Shown here in pieces: positions 28,167 to 37,900 of a DNA stretch of 64,000 nt. Position numbers and translations under genes: made by a program. The stretch comes from Candidatus Binatia bacterium (lineage in GTDB: Bacteria; Desulfobacterota; Binatia; UBA9968; JAJDTQ01), in NCBI GenBank assembly GCA_963666515.2, contig OY762897.2, positions 2,336,001 to 2,400,000 of the forward strand. Direction: 5' to 3'. How positions within the stretch are numbered: the first letter of the stretch is position 1; the number at the start of each line of letters is the position of its first letter. The notes beneath the pieces were generated by a model, which ran no database searches, had not been told where the DNA came from, and was given only the letters and a program-made list of their open reading frames with translations.

Positions 28167-30139
28167 CTGAAGTTCTGGGGCCGGATTCCGGCCTGACAGC
28201 CTCTAACTCATTGTATTGGATAGACATTTGGAGATTCAAGGGCAGATTTCAGGCGTAACATGTAGTCACTAAATAGACTTGACTCATTCGGTGATTGTGC
28301 TACAATTCCATGTATGCCAAGACGCAAGGCCGCCGTACACGTCGTTACTACCACGCGTCGAGTCTACACCACCCACCTGCTCAGGCGCTCCTACCGCGAA
28401 AACGGCAAGGTCAAAAACGAAACCGTCGGCAACCTCTCCCACCTGCCCGATTCGGTGGTGGAACTGGTGCGCCTCGCACTCGGCGGCAAGACCCTGGTGC
28501 CGGCCGAGGAGGCATTGCAAGTGTTGCGCTCTCGTCCCCATGGACACGTGGCTGCGGTGCTGGGCACGGTCAAGACGCTGGGGCTGGAGCGGCTGCTGGA
28601 CTCTCGGCACAGCGTCCAACGCGACCGTAGTGTGGCCTTGATCGTGTCCCGGGTGCTGTGTCCGGACTCGAAGCTGGCCACGGCGCGGGCGTTGGATGCC
28701 GAGAGTGCGACGTCCACCCTGGGCGAGGAACTCGGCCTTGAGGCGGTGCAGGCCGAAGAGTTGTATGAGGCCATGGACTGGCTGGGGGAGCGTCAGGGGC
28801 GCATCGAACGCAGTCTGGCCAAGCGCCATCTCCACCACGGCACGCTGGTGCTCTACGACGTGACTTCGAGCTATCTCGAAGGGCGGCGCTGCCCGCTGGG
28901 GCGCATCGGCTACTCGCGGGACGGCAAGAAAGGCAAGCTGCAGATCGTCTACGGGTTACTGTGCAACGCCGACGGCTGTCCGGTGGCGGTGGAGGTCTAC
29001 GAGGGCAACACCGCTGACCCGAGCACTTTGGCGGACCAGATCCACAAGGTCCGCGAGCGCTTCGGGCTCGAACGTGTGGTGTTCGTCGGCGATCGGGGAA
29101 TGTTGACCAGTGCGCGCATCGACGAGGAACTGCGCCCGGTGGAGGGTCTGGACTGGATCAGTGCACTACGCAACGATGCCGTCGCCAAGCTCGCCCAAGA
29201 CCAAGGCCCCTTGCAGTCGTCCCTGTTCGACCACACCGACCTGGCTGAAATCGCTCATCCAGACTTCCCCGGCGAACGCCTCATCGCCTGCCTCAACCCC
29301 CTGCTGCGCCAGGAGCGTCGGCGCAAACGCCAAGCCCTGCTGGACGCCACCGAGCAGGAACTGGACAAGATCGTCCGGGCCACCCAACGCCCCAAACGAC
29401 CGCTTCGCGGTGAGAGCGCCATCGCACTGCGGGTGGGCCGGGTGTTGGGCCGCTTCAAGATGGCCAAGCACTTCGACATGACCGTCACCGAGTCCTCGTT
29501 CCGCTATCAGCGCAAATCCGACGCCATCGCTCAAGAGGCCCGCCTCGACGGCCTCTACGTCATCCGCACCTCCGTCCCTGAGCCCCTCCTCGATGCCACT
29601 TCCACCGTCAGCGCCTATAAACGCCTCGCCGCAGTCGAGCGCGCCTTCCGATGCCTCAAGACCGTGGACCTCCACGTGCGCCCGATCCACCACCGCCTGT
29701 CCCAGCGCGTGCGCGCCCACGTCTTCCTGTGCATGCTCGCCTACTACGTCGAGTGGCACATGCGCCGGGCCTGGGCTCCACTCTTGTTCGCCGAAGACGA
29801 CCCCCAGGACGCCGCTCGCCGCCGCCCCTCCCCCGTCAGCCCCAGCGTGCCCTCCCACAGCTCCGAGCGCAAAGCCGCCACCCGCCGAACCCCACAGGGG
29901 CAACCCGTGCACCACTTCCGCGGTCTGCTCCGCCACTTGGCCACCCTCACCCGCAATACCCTTCAACTCCAAGGCTCAAAGCTGACCTTCCAACAACTCA
30001 CCCTCCCCACCGACCTCCAACGCCTCGCCTTGGAACTCCTCCACCTCAAACTCCCCGTGTAGTCAGAACCCGTACTGCCGTCTCAATCCTATTCCCCCTA
30101 AATTCAACCACTTACGCTGTCTTGGCCTCAGAACTTCAG
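28167..30139 (+). mobile_element. IS1634 family insertion sequence
   Basis: Terminal IRs CTGAAGTTCTGGGGCC / GGCCTCAGAACTTCAG (15/16), 6-bp TSD TTTAGC at 28161-28166 and 30140-30145. Confidence 0.92.
28314..30062 (+). CDS. IS1634 family DDE transposase
   Basis: RRSYRENGKVK, YDVTSSYLEG, VGDRGM, YKRLAAVERAFRCLK, RVRAHVFLCMLAY. Confidence 0.93.
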   Translation: MPRRKAAVHVVTTTRRVYTTHLLRRSYRENGKVKNETVGNLSHLPDSVVELVRLALGGKTLVPAEEALQVLRSRPHGHVAAVLGTVKTLGLERLLDSRHSVQRDRSVALIVSRVLCPDSKLATARALDAESATSTLGEELGLEAVQAEELYEAMDWLGERQGRIERSLAKRHLHHGTLVLYDVTSSYLEGRRCPLGRIGYSRDGKKGKLQIVYGLLCNADGCPVAVEVYEGNTADPSTLADQIHKVRERFGLERVVFVGDRGMLTSARIDEELRPVEGLDWISALRNDAVAKLAQDQGPLQSSLFDHTDLAEIAHPDFPGERLIACLNPLLRQERRRKRQALLDATEQELDKIVRATQRPKRPLRGESAIALRVGRVLGRFKMAKHFDMTVTESSFRYQRKSDAIAQEARLDGLYVIRTSVPEPLLDATSTVSAYKRLAAVERAFRCLKTVDLHVRPIHHRLSQRVRAHVFLCMLAYYVEWHMRRAWAPLLFAEDDPQDAARRRPSPVSPSVPSHSSERKAATRRTPQGQPVHHFRGLLRHLATLTRNTLQLQGSKLTFQQLTLPTDLQRLALELLHLKLPV

Positions 30140-30766
30140 TTTAGCGAAGCCGTTCGGATGGTTTGTTGTACTGGATCGACAACAGGGCCGCGGGGATGAC
30201 CATGGGCCAAAACGTTTCGCAATCCTGTTCATCGGCGGTGATGGTTACGCCAGCTACGATGCACTGTATTGCCAAGGAGACGGGACTCCGCCACCATTTC
30301 TCGCGGTCATCCAGGACCACGGCGACAATCCCTTCGGACGCGACAGCCCTCTGGAGTATATCGCCCGGAGACAAGGCATCCTGCCAGAATATTTGTTGGT
30401 TGGAGAACCCTCCACAGAGTGGCTGGGATATGCAGACATCGGAGCCCTCCCCAAGCCGGGTGGCATGCATGCTACGGCAAGACGACTTTTTATGCGTATA
30501 GACGACAATCTCGAGAAAGTTGTCTCTGCCTTTCTGCACGACTCTCGCAACCTGCAAACACGAACAACTGAGGACCTGAACTTCATTGTGAACCAGGTCA
30601 ACAATTTACGCGCAGCCATCGTGGACATTATCAAACCGATGAAAGATCGGAACCTGAAACGGAATGCCGAGTCTCTCATTCGGAAACTAACCCATCGCCA
30701 AGCGAAAGTGAACAAAATCTTGCATGACTAAGGCCGAAACAATCCTCGGCGTCCACGTTGCCCCTC

Positions 30767-30846
30767 CACTTCATGCTGTCCCGGTCGGCGTGGTGGGACG
30801 ACCACTACGGGCCGCTCGAACGCGACATGACGGCGTTCCCAGCGCG
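30767..30846 (+). pseudogene. Fragment resembling the 3' part of the methyltransferase at 34718-34797
   Basis: HFMLSRSAWWDDHYGPLER vs HFMLPKSAWWDDYYGPLER. Confidence 0.8.
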
Positions 30847-30877
30847 CCCGGTGGCCTCAATAGGTCGTGAAGAAAGG

Positions 30878-30947
30878 GCTCAGACGAACGGCGATACAAT
30901 CCGTTCGTCTGAGCGTAGCGCCGCGTCAGCGGCGCGAAATCGAAGGG
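30878..30947. repeat. REP-like element, degenerate inverted pair
   Basis: GCTCAGACGAACGG / CCGTTCGTCTGAGCGTAGCG...TCGAAGGG. Confidence 0.75.
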
Positions 30948-30954
30948 CCTCGTC

Positions 30955-31582
30955 TTACCCTTCTGTCCATTCTGGGGTATCAAACACTGCGGAAACATCG
31001 GCCGTGAAACCTTCGAGCAGCGACGACGTGGCGACGGCTCCACGCCGAAACACGCCGTGCTCGACGTATGCGTCGCCCTTGAGAGTAAGGACGGTGATGG
31101 TGTCGTCTCGCGGATCCACGATCCAGTATTCGGGGATGCCACCCTCGGCGTAGTCGGCGCGCTTCTCCACCAGATCCCGTTCCGGGCCGTCCGGACTCAC
31201 GACTTCCGCCACCAAATCCGCCCCCAGCCAGTAACGATCCTGGTAGCGCGGATCCGACCGGCTGCGCAGGAGCAGGATGTCCGGTTCGCGGAACTTGCCT
31301 TCGCGGATGCGTATGCGTAGCGCCGAGACCATTGCGACGCCGCTGAGCGGGCTGAGGTAGTCGCGGAACAATTCGTAGAGGAAGGTGAAAATCGCTTGAT
31401 GCGTCGAGGTGGGTGCAGGCAGCCTCGATGTAGCCGTCGGTGAACTCGATGAGCCTGCGGCTGCGGTCAGTGAGCCACAGGTAGCCCGCGTCGCTCCAGG
31501 CGCCTTGGCGAGGCAGGGTCTCGCGCAACAGCGCATTCAGCGCTTCCTGCGAGGCGTTCGCGCGTCCTGTCATGCGGGTCAT
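30955..31582 (-). pseudogene. Uma2 family endonuclease, frameshifted copy
   Basis: Close paralogue of 39742-40359; GAG-GAA-CTG became GAG-G-CTG (2-nt loss) near 31423. Confidence 0.85.
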
Positions 31583-31676
31583 GCCCTCATCCCTTCGTAT
31601 CGCTGGGCTTTGCAAATCAATCCTACCCCACCCCCTTCATCCTTCCACCTCTTTGGACCGCCACACCGCTCCACCT

Positions 31677-31703
31677 CTGGATTCCGGCTTCCGCCGGAAT
31701 GAC
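31677..31703. repeat. Short palindromic REP-like element / possible terminator
   Basis: CTGG-ATTCCGGC-ttcc-GCCGGAAT-GAC. Confidence 0.6.
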
Positions 31704-31797
31704 AAATTCGGACATTCACGGGTTATTCCATGGCATAACGGGTTCGCGTATCCCGAACCCTGGTGCACCGAATGCGCGGCCAGACGATATACGGCTT

Positions 31798-32868
31798 CTA
31801 CGGGTGCACATCTTGCAGGAACAACTCGTCCGGGATCTCAAAGCCGATGCCCTGTTCACGGGCCCGCTGGTAGGCGATCCATGCGGGGATGTACTGGAGA
31901 CCGAGCCCGCTGGAGGGGCCGGTGCCGACACCGCCGAATAGGGTGATGTCGTCGTCGCTGGTGCGTCCCTGGTCGAGTCCTTCGACGATCTCGCCCAGGA
32001 ACTTGAGCTTGTGGTTCCAGTGGGGCTTCCAGCGCTCCATCCATAGCTGATCGGGCGGCACCTCGCCGGTCTTCATGTGCCAGATGGTGGCGGGTTCGCG
32101 GGCACGCGCGGTGATGGTGTCGGCGGTCTCGTGGGTGAGGTCGTCGAGTTCTCCGACCTGGAGAGAGCCGACGTAGTGGCCGGGCTTCAGGATGGCGCCG
32201 TCGAACACCGGCTCGTAGGAATTGGTCGCGCAGGCGATGATGTCGGCGCCTTTTACCGCCTCTTCGGTGCCGGACACGGGGATCAGCTTGGCGGGGACCC
32301 GCCCCTCCATGGCCCCGCAGAGCGCCAGCTTGTGTTCTTCGGTCGGGCAATAGACCCGAATCTCCCGGATCGGCCGCACCGCGCAATGGCCGATCACCTG
32401 GGTCGGGGCCAGCCATCCCGCGCCGAGGAGCGCCATCACTTCGCTGTCGGCCCGGCTCAGATGCCTGGCGGCGATGCCGCTGGTGGCGCCGATCATGGTG
32501 CGGTTGAGCACCGCGTCCTGAAACATCGCCAGCGGCGCGTGGTCTTCGATGCTGAACATGATGATCAGGCCGGAGAACTTGCCCACGGGATTGGGAATCT
32601 GGTAACGCCGGGGAAAACCCTTCACCACCTTGCGCGACAGATGTTCCGAGGTCATCCGTATCAGGTGCACGCCGTAGCGCGGCACCGAGGCGTCCATGCA
32701 GGAGTAGAGGTAGAACTCGCCGTCGCCGAGGCCGGTATAGTTGAGCGTGCGCGGACGGCTCGACAGCCGACCGGCACCAAGGTCGGCAAAGGTCGGCTCC
32801 AGCACCTTGATGGCATCCTCGACGGTAACGAGCCGCTCCACCTCCTCGTTGGTCAGGAACAGCGCCAT
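31798..32868 (-). CDS. Ornithine cyclodeaminase/mu-crystallin family protein
   Basis: MALFLTNEEV, GATSGIAARHL, LLGAGW, IACATN, GRTSDDDITLF. Confidence 0.85.
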   Translation of the reverse strand: MALFLTNEEVERLVTVEDAIKVLEPTFADLGAGRLSSRPRTLNYTGLGDGEFYLYSCMDASVPRYGVHLIRMTSEHLSRKVVKGFPRRYQIPNPVGKFSGLIIMFSIEDHAPLAMFQDAVLNRTMIGATSGIAARHLSRADSEVMALLGAGWLAPTQVIGHCAVRPIREIRVYCPTEEHKLALCGAMEGRVPAKLIPVSGTEEAVKGADIIACATNSYEPVFDGAILKPGHYVGSLQVGELDDLTHETADTITARAREPATIWHMKTGEVPPDQLWMERWKPHWNHKLKFLGEIVEGLDQGRTSDDDITLFGGVGTGPSSGLGLQYIPAWIAYQRAREQGIGFEIPDELFLQDVHP

Positions 32869-32921
32869 GATGTCCCTGCCTATCCAACCGTCCGAGGAAA
32901 GACAAGGCGCAACAAAGCAAA

Positions 32922-33149
32922 CACGCTCCCGGCACTCTCGCTCGTTCCCGACATCGGGCCCGAGAGCCGCATTCTCGACATCGGGGCTGCGGAACCGCGG
33001 CAGGTAAGACTTGAAGTATTGCTGTCCAGGATGCCCCATAACTACAAGCCTGAGGAATTCGATGGAGACGAGGGCTCGCTTTTCTTTCTCTCCCTCCCTG
33101 GATTACGTTGGATACATGCGACGGAGGGCATACCTTGCCGACCAAGGTT
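32922..33149 (+). other. Mosaic intergenic spacer made of scraps of neighbouring genes
   Basis: 32922-32997 resembles methyltransferase from 34240; 33067-33098 matches AAA gene 26142-26173 at 30/32; 33111-33149 resembles mazE leader/start at 25905-25942. Confidence 0.75.
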
Positions 33150-33197
33150 AGTAGTACCGGATCGTCCCTGTCGTCTATTGACAGGGCCGAGGTGGAC

Positions 33198-34175
33198 ATG
33201 TTCGAGCGACCCACGTTGCAGGACGTCATCGGGGCGAGCCGCCGCACCGCCCCACACGTGACGAGGACCCCGCTTCACCGTTACCTGTCCCTGGACCGCC
33301 TCCTGGACGCCGAGGTCTACGTCAAACACGAGAACCACCAGCGCTTGGGGGCCTTCAAGGTGCGGGGCGGCGTCAACCTGGTATCCCAGCTCTCCGACGA
33401 CGAGAAGCGTCGCGGCGTGACGGCGGCGTCCACGGGCAACCACGGACAGTCCATCGCCTACGCCGCCGGGGTCTTCGGAGTCGAAGCCGCCATAGTCGCG
33501 CCCGAAGGCGCCAACCCGGGCAAGGTCGAGTCGATGCGGAACCTCGGCGCCAACGTCGTCTTCCACGGCACGGTCTTCGACGATAGCCTCGCCCATGCCG
33601 CGCGGCTGGCGCGGGAGCAGGGGTACCGCTTCATCCACTCCGCCAACGAGCCCCACCTGATCGCCGGCGTCGGCACGGTCGCCCTGGAGATCCTCGAAGA
33701 CCTGCCGGACGTGCAGGTCATCGTGATCCCCATCGGCGGCGGCAGCGGCGCTTGCGGCGCCTGCATCGTCGCCAAGACGGTCAACCCGGACATCCAGGTG
33801 TTCGGCGTTCAGTCCGCGCAGGCCCAGGCCGCTTGGCTGTCGTGGAAGGAAGGCCGGATCGTCGACTCGCCCATGCGGACCATTGCCGAGGGCCTCGCAA
33901 CCGGATCCGGCTACGAGCTGACCAACGGCATCCTGAGGGATCTGCTCGACGACTTCGTCCTCGTAACTGACACGGAGCTGGAACGGGCGGTAGTGCTGTA
34001 CCTCGAAAAAACCCACAACCTGACGGAGCACGCGGGCGCCGCCGCTCTGGCCGGAGCGCTGAAGGTCGGGGAGCGGCTGCGCGGGAAGAGGATCGCCCTC
34101 GTGATGAGCGGAGGAAACATCTCGATCCCGCAGTTGCGGGCAGCCCTGGACAACGCGCCCCGGGAGTCGAGTTGA
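33198..34175 (+). CDS. Threonine/serine dehydratase (PLP fold II, no ACT domain)
   Basis: KHENHQRLGAFKVRGG, STGNHGQS, PIGGGSG, SGGN. Confidence 0.92.
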   Translation: MFERPTLQDVIGASRRTAPHVTRTPLHRYLSLDRLLDAEVYVKHENHQRLGAFKVRGGVNLVSQLSDDEKRRGVTAASTGNHGQSIAYAAGVFGVEAAIVAPEGANPGKVESMRNLGANVVFHGTVFDDSLAHAARLAREQGYRFIHSANEPHLIAGVGTVALEILEDLPDVQVIVIPIGGGSGACGACIVAKTVNPDIQVFGVQSAQAQAAWLSWKEGRIVDSPMRTIAEGLATGSGYELTNGILRDLLDDFVLVTDTELERAVVLYLEKTHNLTEHAGAAALAGALKVGERLRGKRIALVMSGGNISIPQLRAALDNAPRESS

Positions 34176-34915
34176 CGACAGCACTCTTCTTCGAATTGTT
34201 CAGTGGGCTGCCGCGCCAGGGACCCGGTGACGCCTCCAGCACGCTCCGAGCCCTCTCTCTCGTTCCTGGCATCGGGGCAGAGACCCGTATTCTCGACGTC
34301 GGCTGCGGCACCGGCATGCAAACGCGGGTCCTGGCGCAGAACTCCCCTGCCCGCATCGTCGCCATAGACAACCATCCGCCGTTCATCGACGTCGTGAACG
34401 AGGAAGCACGCCGCCTCGGCCTCGCGGACCGTTTGCAGGCCCGTGTCGGCGACATGCGCCAGCTCGATTTCGCGGACGCCTCGTTCGACCTGATCTGGTG
34501 CGAGGGCGCCATCTACATCGCCGGCGTCGAGGCCGCGTTGCGCCACTGGCGCCGCCTGCTTGCGCCCGGCGGGCACGTGGCCTTCTCCGAGGTCTGCTGG
34601 ACGAAACCCGACCCGCCGGAGGAATGCGCGTCGTTCTGGAAACGGGAGTACCCGGCGATGCGCGAAGAAGAGGGACTCCTGAGCGCAATCGACGCGTGCG
34701 GTTACGAGACCGTCGGGCACTTCATGCTGCCCAAGTCCGCGTGGTGGGACGACTACTACGGACCGCTTGAACGGAACGCAACGGCGTTCCGAGCGCGTCA
34801 CCGCGGGCGTCTCAATGCGCAGGAGCTGGCCGATGAAACTCAGCGCGAGATCGACGTCTGGAAGAGCTACTCGGACTACTACGGCTACGCGTTCTTCGTC
34901 GCGCGCGTCCGGTAA
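34172..34915 (+). CDS. Class I SAM-dependent methyltransferase
   Basis: LPRQGPG, LDVGCGTG, FDLIWCEGAIY, YYGYAFF; 4-nt overlap with upstream gene. Confidence 0.92.
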   Translation: MTTALFFELFSGLPRQGPGDASSTLRALSLVPGIGAETRILDVGCGTGMQTRVLAQNSPARIVAIDNHPPFIDVVNEEARRLGLADRLQARVGDMRQLDFADASFDLIWCEGAIYIAGVEAALRHWRRLLAPGGHVAFSEVCWTKPDPPEECASFWKREYPAMREEEGLLSAIDACGYETVGHFMLPKSAWWDDYYGPLERNATAFRARHRGRLNAQELADETQREIDVWKSYSDYYGYAFFVARVR

Positions 34916-34943
34916 TGCACACGGACGTGTCGGAGACCGGCGA

Positions 34944-36500
34944 TCACACCCGCTCTACCTCCATCCCCACCACGTTGCGGGTCTCCCGGCTGAACTCCAC
35001 GCCGACCAGCCAGATGGGCCGGCCCAGGCCGCGGTGCTTGTCCGCGTAGCCCCGCTCCTTCAACTGCGCCATGGCCGAGCCCTTCTGCCCTTTGTCCGTG
35101 TTCTCCACGACCTTGAACTCGAACAGGTAGACGTTGTCATTGAAGCGCACGCTCATGTCCAGCCGGCCGCTGCTGCTGCTGTCTTCGACGGTGGTGTCCA
35201 GACCGAGGGCGCAGAACCAGGAATAGAAGACACTGGCATAGTAGCCTTCGTAGTCGGCGATGCGATTGTTTACGTGCCACTGGTACGGGATGCTGCTGAA
35301 AAACGCCTGAAACAGCGTTTCGAGACCGGCGAAGTCGTTGGCGGAGAGCAGCTCGTACAACCGGACGTCGTGCTCCCCCTGCCGGGATGGATCGGGTCCG
35401 GTGGCGCGCAGCAGATGCTCGTTGAGGCTCTGTTTGACTTCCTGGTTGGGATAGCCCAGGCGATACAGGGACTTGCCTCCCAGTTTCCTTTCCTCCGCGA
35501 TCGTCAGGTAGCCGGTCTGGAACAACAGCGCCTCGGTGGCGATGTCGTCCACATCGAACCGCGACAGGAGGTCGTCGGTCCCCATCATTTCCTCGAGAGC
35601 CAGGGAGCTGACGCGCCGCCCGAGAAGCGTCTCCACCAGAAACGACGGGGAGCCGGTCTCGAACCAGTGGGCCTTGAACTTGCGGGTGTCGAAGAGCAGC
35701 AGGATATCGAACGGGTTGTACACCCTCTGCTCCCCCAACCAACTGTAGCCGTTGTACCAGCGGCGTATCTCGTCACGGTCCAGGCCGGGGAGTTCCGGCG
35801 CGAACACCCGATCCAGGTCGGCGTCCGAATAGCCGCAGACCGCGGCGTAGCGCGGGTCCAGGGTCATGTCCTGGAGGTTGTTGAGTCCCGAAAACAGGCT
35901 CACCTTGGAAAACTTGCTCACGCCGGTGAGGAAGACGAAGCGGATGTGGGCGTCGCAGTCCTTGATGACTGCATAGATGCCGCGCAGGAAGTCCCGGTTC
36001 GATCGCGCCGACTCCGGCGCGTCCAGCGCGTCGAGTATCGGCTTGTCGTACTCGTCGACCAGCACTGCCACGGGCTGTTTCGCGCGGCGGTGCAGGTCTT
36101 CCAGCAGCGACGCGAAACGTCCCGCCGCGGTCGTATATTCGGTGACGGCCCCCGATCGCCGTTCGGCGGCGGCGAGTTGCTCCATCACGTGCTGACGCAG
36201 GTAATCGGGCTCCTTGAAGTTGCCGCTGCCGAAGCTCAGGCGCAGCACCGGATGGCGGACTGACCAGTCCCACGAATCATGGATATCAAGCCCCTCGAAC
36301 AGGGCCTCGTTGCCCTCGAACAACTCCTTCAGCGTGTCCAGGAACAGGCTCTTGCCGAAGCGTCGCGGGCGCGACAGGAAGAAATGCGAGCCTTGGTCGA
36401 CCAGCGCTCGAATCCAGGGCGTCTTGTCCACGTAGTAGTGGTCCTGCTCCCGGATCTTGCGGAAAGTCTGAATACCGATGGGAAGCCGTCGTCTGGTCAT
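34944..36500 (-). CDS. AAA-ATPase-like protein with PD-(D/E)XK nuclease, copy 2
   Basis: Full-length paralogue of 26040-27587; start MTRRRLPIG by alignment. Confidence 0.92.
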   Translation of the reverse strand: MTRRRLPIGIQTFRKIREQDHYYVDKTPWIRALVDQGSHFFLSRPRRFGKSLFLDTLKELFEGNEALFEGLDIHDSWDWSVRHPVLRLSFGSGNFKEPDYLRQHVMEQLAAAERRSGAVTEYTTAAGRFASLLEDLHRRAKQPVAVLVDEYDKPILDALDAPESARSNRDFLRGIYAVIKDCDAHIRFVFLTGVSKFSKVSLFSGLNNLQDMTLDPRYAAVCGYSDADLDRVFAPELPGLDRDEIRRWYNGYSWLGEQRVYNPFDILLLFDTRKFKAHWFETGSPSFLVETLLGRRVSSLALEEMMGTDDLLSRFDVDDIATEALLFQTGYLTIAEERKLGGKSLYRLGYPNQEVKQSLNEHLLRATGPDPSRQGEHDVRLYELLSANDFAGLETLFQAFFSSIPYQWHVNNRIADYEGYYASVFYSWFCALGLDTTVEDSSSSGRLDMSVRFNDNVYLFEFKVVENTDKGQKGSAMAQLKERGYADKHRGLGRPIWLVGVEFSRETRNVVGMEVERV

Positions 36501-36552
36501 GGAAGTTCGGAACTGCCAGCCTCTGTGTAGCCGGCGAGTTTGTCCACCAAGT

Positions 36553-37314
36553 CTACCTGGACCACCATCCTGTTCGTCTCTTGAGTTCGGTCTCAAGTTC
36601 ATGCAGCGCTTGTGCCTTACGTTCCCGCGACTCGCCGTCCCATTCCGTTTCAGCGAATTCATGCAAATGGTCGACCAGAAACTCCGTAATGCGGTTCTTG
36701 TTGCAATCCCGGTTTGCAGCGCAGTAATCCGAAAGTGATTTCGTCAACTCCTTGGCTGTCTTGCCTGACGCATCGCCCACACATTGTTCTATCGCGAACT
36801 CTACGAAGTCCGGAGCGTACCCCCATTCCTCCACGTAGTAGGACACGATGCCTTCTTTTTCTTCTCCACTCACCTCTCCGTCGTCGGACCTTGCGATCCA
36901 GATACTGAGGGGCAACATGAGACCCATCAGCTTGTCGGCCAGCAGGTGCAACGGCGTGTTGACGTACTTGGGGAATTGGACTAGGATATCATCCCTCACC
37001 TTGTCGAGCTTTCGCCTTATGCCGTAATACGCGCCCCCGGCGAGAACACCGGCCGCAAGTACCCACCCGATTGGCGTCGTAGCGGCAGCACCCAAGCCGA
37101 TCCAAGCGAGCAGGCCGCTGGAGGGAAAGAACGTGGTAGCAACCACGGAACTCGAGGCGATCATCGTTCCACCGGAAGCAGCGCCTGCAGTCCCCAATAT
37201 GTGTTCCAGGTTGCGCGCCGATTTCAAGAATCTGTAGCAATCCTCCCCGACACCGAGCCGTTGCTTGAATATCAACTCGTTCGCAAGAATTGCCTCAGGC
37301 TCATCCCTCATCAT
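36553..37314 (-). CDS. Hypothetical protein with Gly/Ala hydrophobic hairpin and TerB-like C-terminal domain
   Basis: TTPIGWVLAAGVLAGGAYYG; IARSDDGEVSGEEKEGI resembles TerB A.DG.V...E motif. Confidence 0.6.
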   Translation of the reverse strand: MMRDEPEAILANELIFKQRLGVGEDCYRFLKSARNLEHILGTAGAASGGTMIASSSVVATTFFPSSGLLAWIGLGAAATTPIGWVLAAGVLAGGAYYGIRRKLDKVRDDILVQFPKYVNTPLHLLADKLMGLMLPLSIWIARSDDGEVSGEEKEGIVSYYVEEWGYAPDFVEFAIEQCVGDASGKTAKELTKSLSDYCAANRDCNKNRITEFLVDHLHEFAETEWDGESRERKAQALHELETELKRRTGWWSR

Positions 37315-37342
37315 GTGACGCTCCCCCGTATTGATTACCCCT

Positions 37343-37900
37343 TCACACCTCTGCGTTCACGATTGCAAAGGGCTGAAGCGCTTCCCGGGCGGCGTGCCCG
37401 ACTGGCTCGTTCATCAGGATTTTCATTACGTCGGACTCTTGACTACCCTCCGCCTTGTCGGCCTGTTCAACCCCCCCGGCGGCTTTGTTCGCGCGATCTG
37501 TCAGCCAATCCTTTACAAAAGCGTAAAGCAACTGGATCGCCGCGAAAAGCGGGACAAGTATCGGCGCCAACCAAGGAGCAACCGTGGAAAGAAGCTCGCC
37601 AACCAGCCACATGACGACGGCAAAAGTGGTATTCGGGTATCGCTTGCGGAGATCGAGCACAATCTCAAGAACTCGCCTGCCAATGTACAGCACGGCGTTT
37701 CCGATCCTAACCGTGGCGTTCATGAGCGAATCGAGCAGTGCCTTGACATCGGCAGGAACCGACAGCTTGCCGATCTTCCGTTCCAGGTCTTTTCTGGAAA
37801 CCCTGGGTCTGGCTTCACGAACAAGCCGGTCCAATTCCTCGAGGGATATTTCGACGGCGATATCTTCGCCGGTTGCCGGATTGACAGCTTTAGCCTGCAT
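37343..37900 (-). CDS. Hypothetical membrane protein
   Basis: GGAG RBS before MQAKAV; hydrophobic hairpin TTFAVVMWLV...LLYAFV; co-oriented with TerB-like gene. Confidence 0.6.
   Translation of the reverse strand: MQAKAVNPATGEDIAVEISLEELDRLVREARPRVSRKDLERKIGKLSVPADVKALLDSLMNATVRIGNAVLYIGRRVLEIVLDLRKRYPNTTFAVVMWLVGELLSTVAPWLAPILVPLFAAIQLLYAFVKDWLTDRANKAAGGVEQADKAEGSQESDVMKILMNEPVGHAAREALQPFAIVNAEV

Larger units (their letters stand above)
27763..30731 (+). pseudogene. Hypothetical gene (329 aa when rejoined) interrupted by IS1634
   Basis: 27763-28166 joins in frame to 30146-30731 after removing IS and one TSD: ...REGLA|KPFGWFVVLDR...; GGAGG RBS. Confidence 0.8.

Noticed and set aside
31400-31440. 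Programmed frameshift in Uma2 copy
   Set aside because: No slippery run; simple 2-nt loss relative to intact paralogue
30767-34797. DGR template/variable repeat reading of the methyltransferase scraps
   Set aside because: Mismatches not adenine-specific and no reverse transcriptase in window
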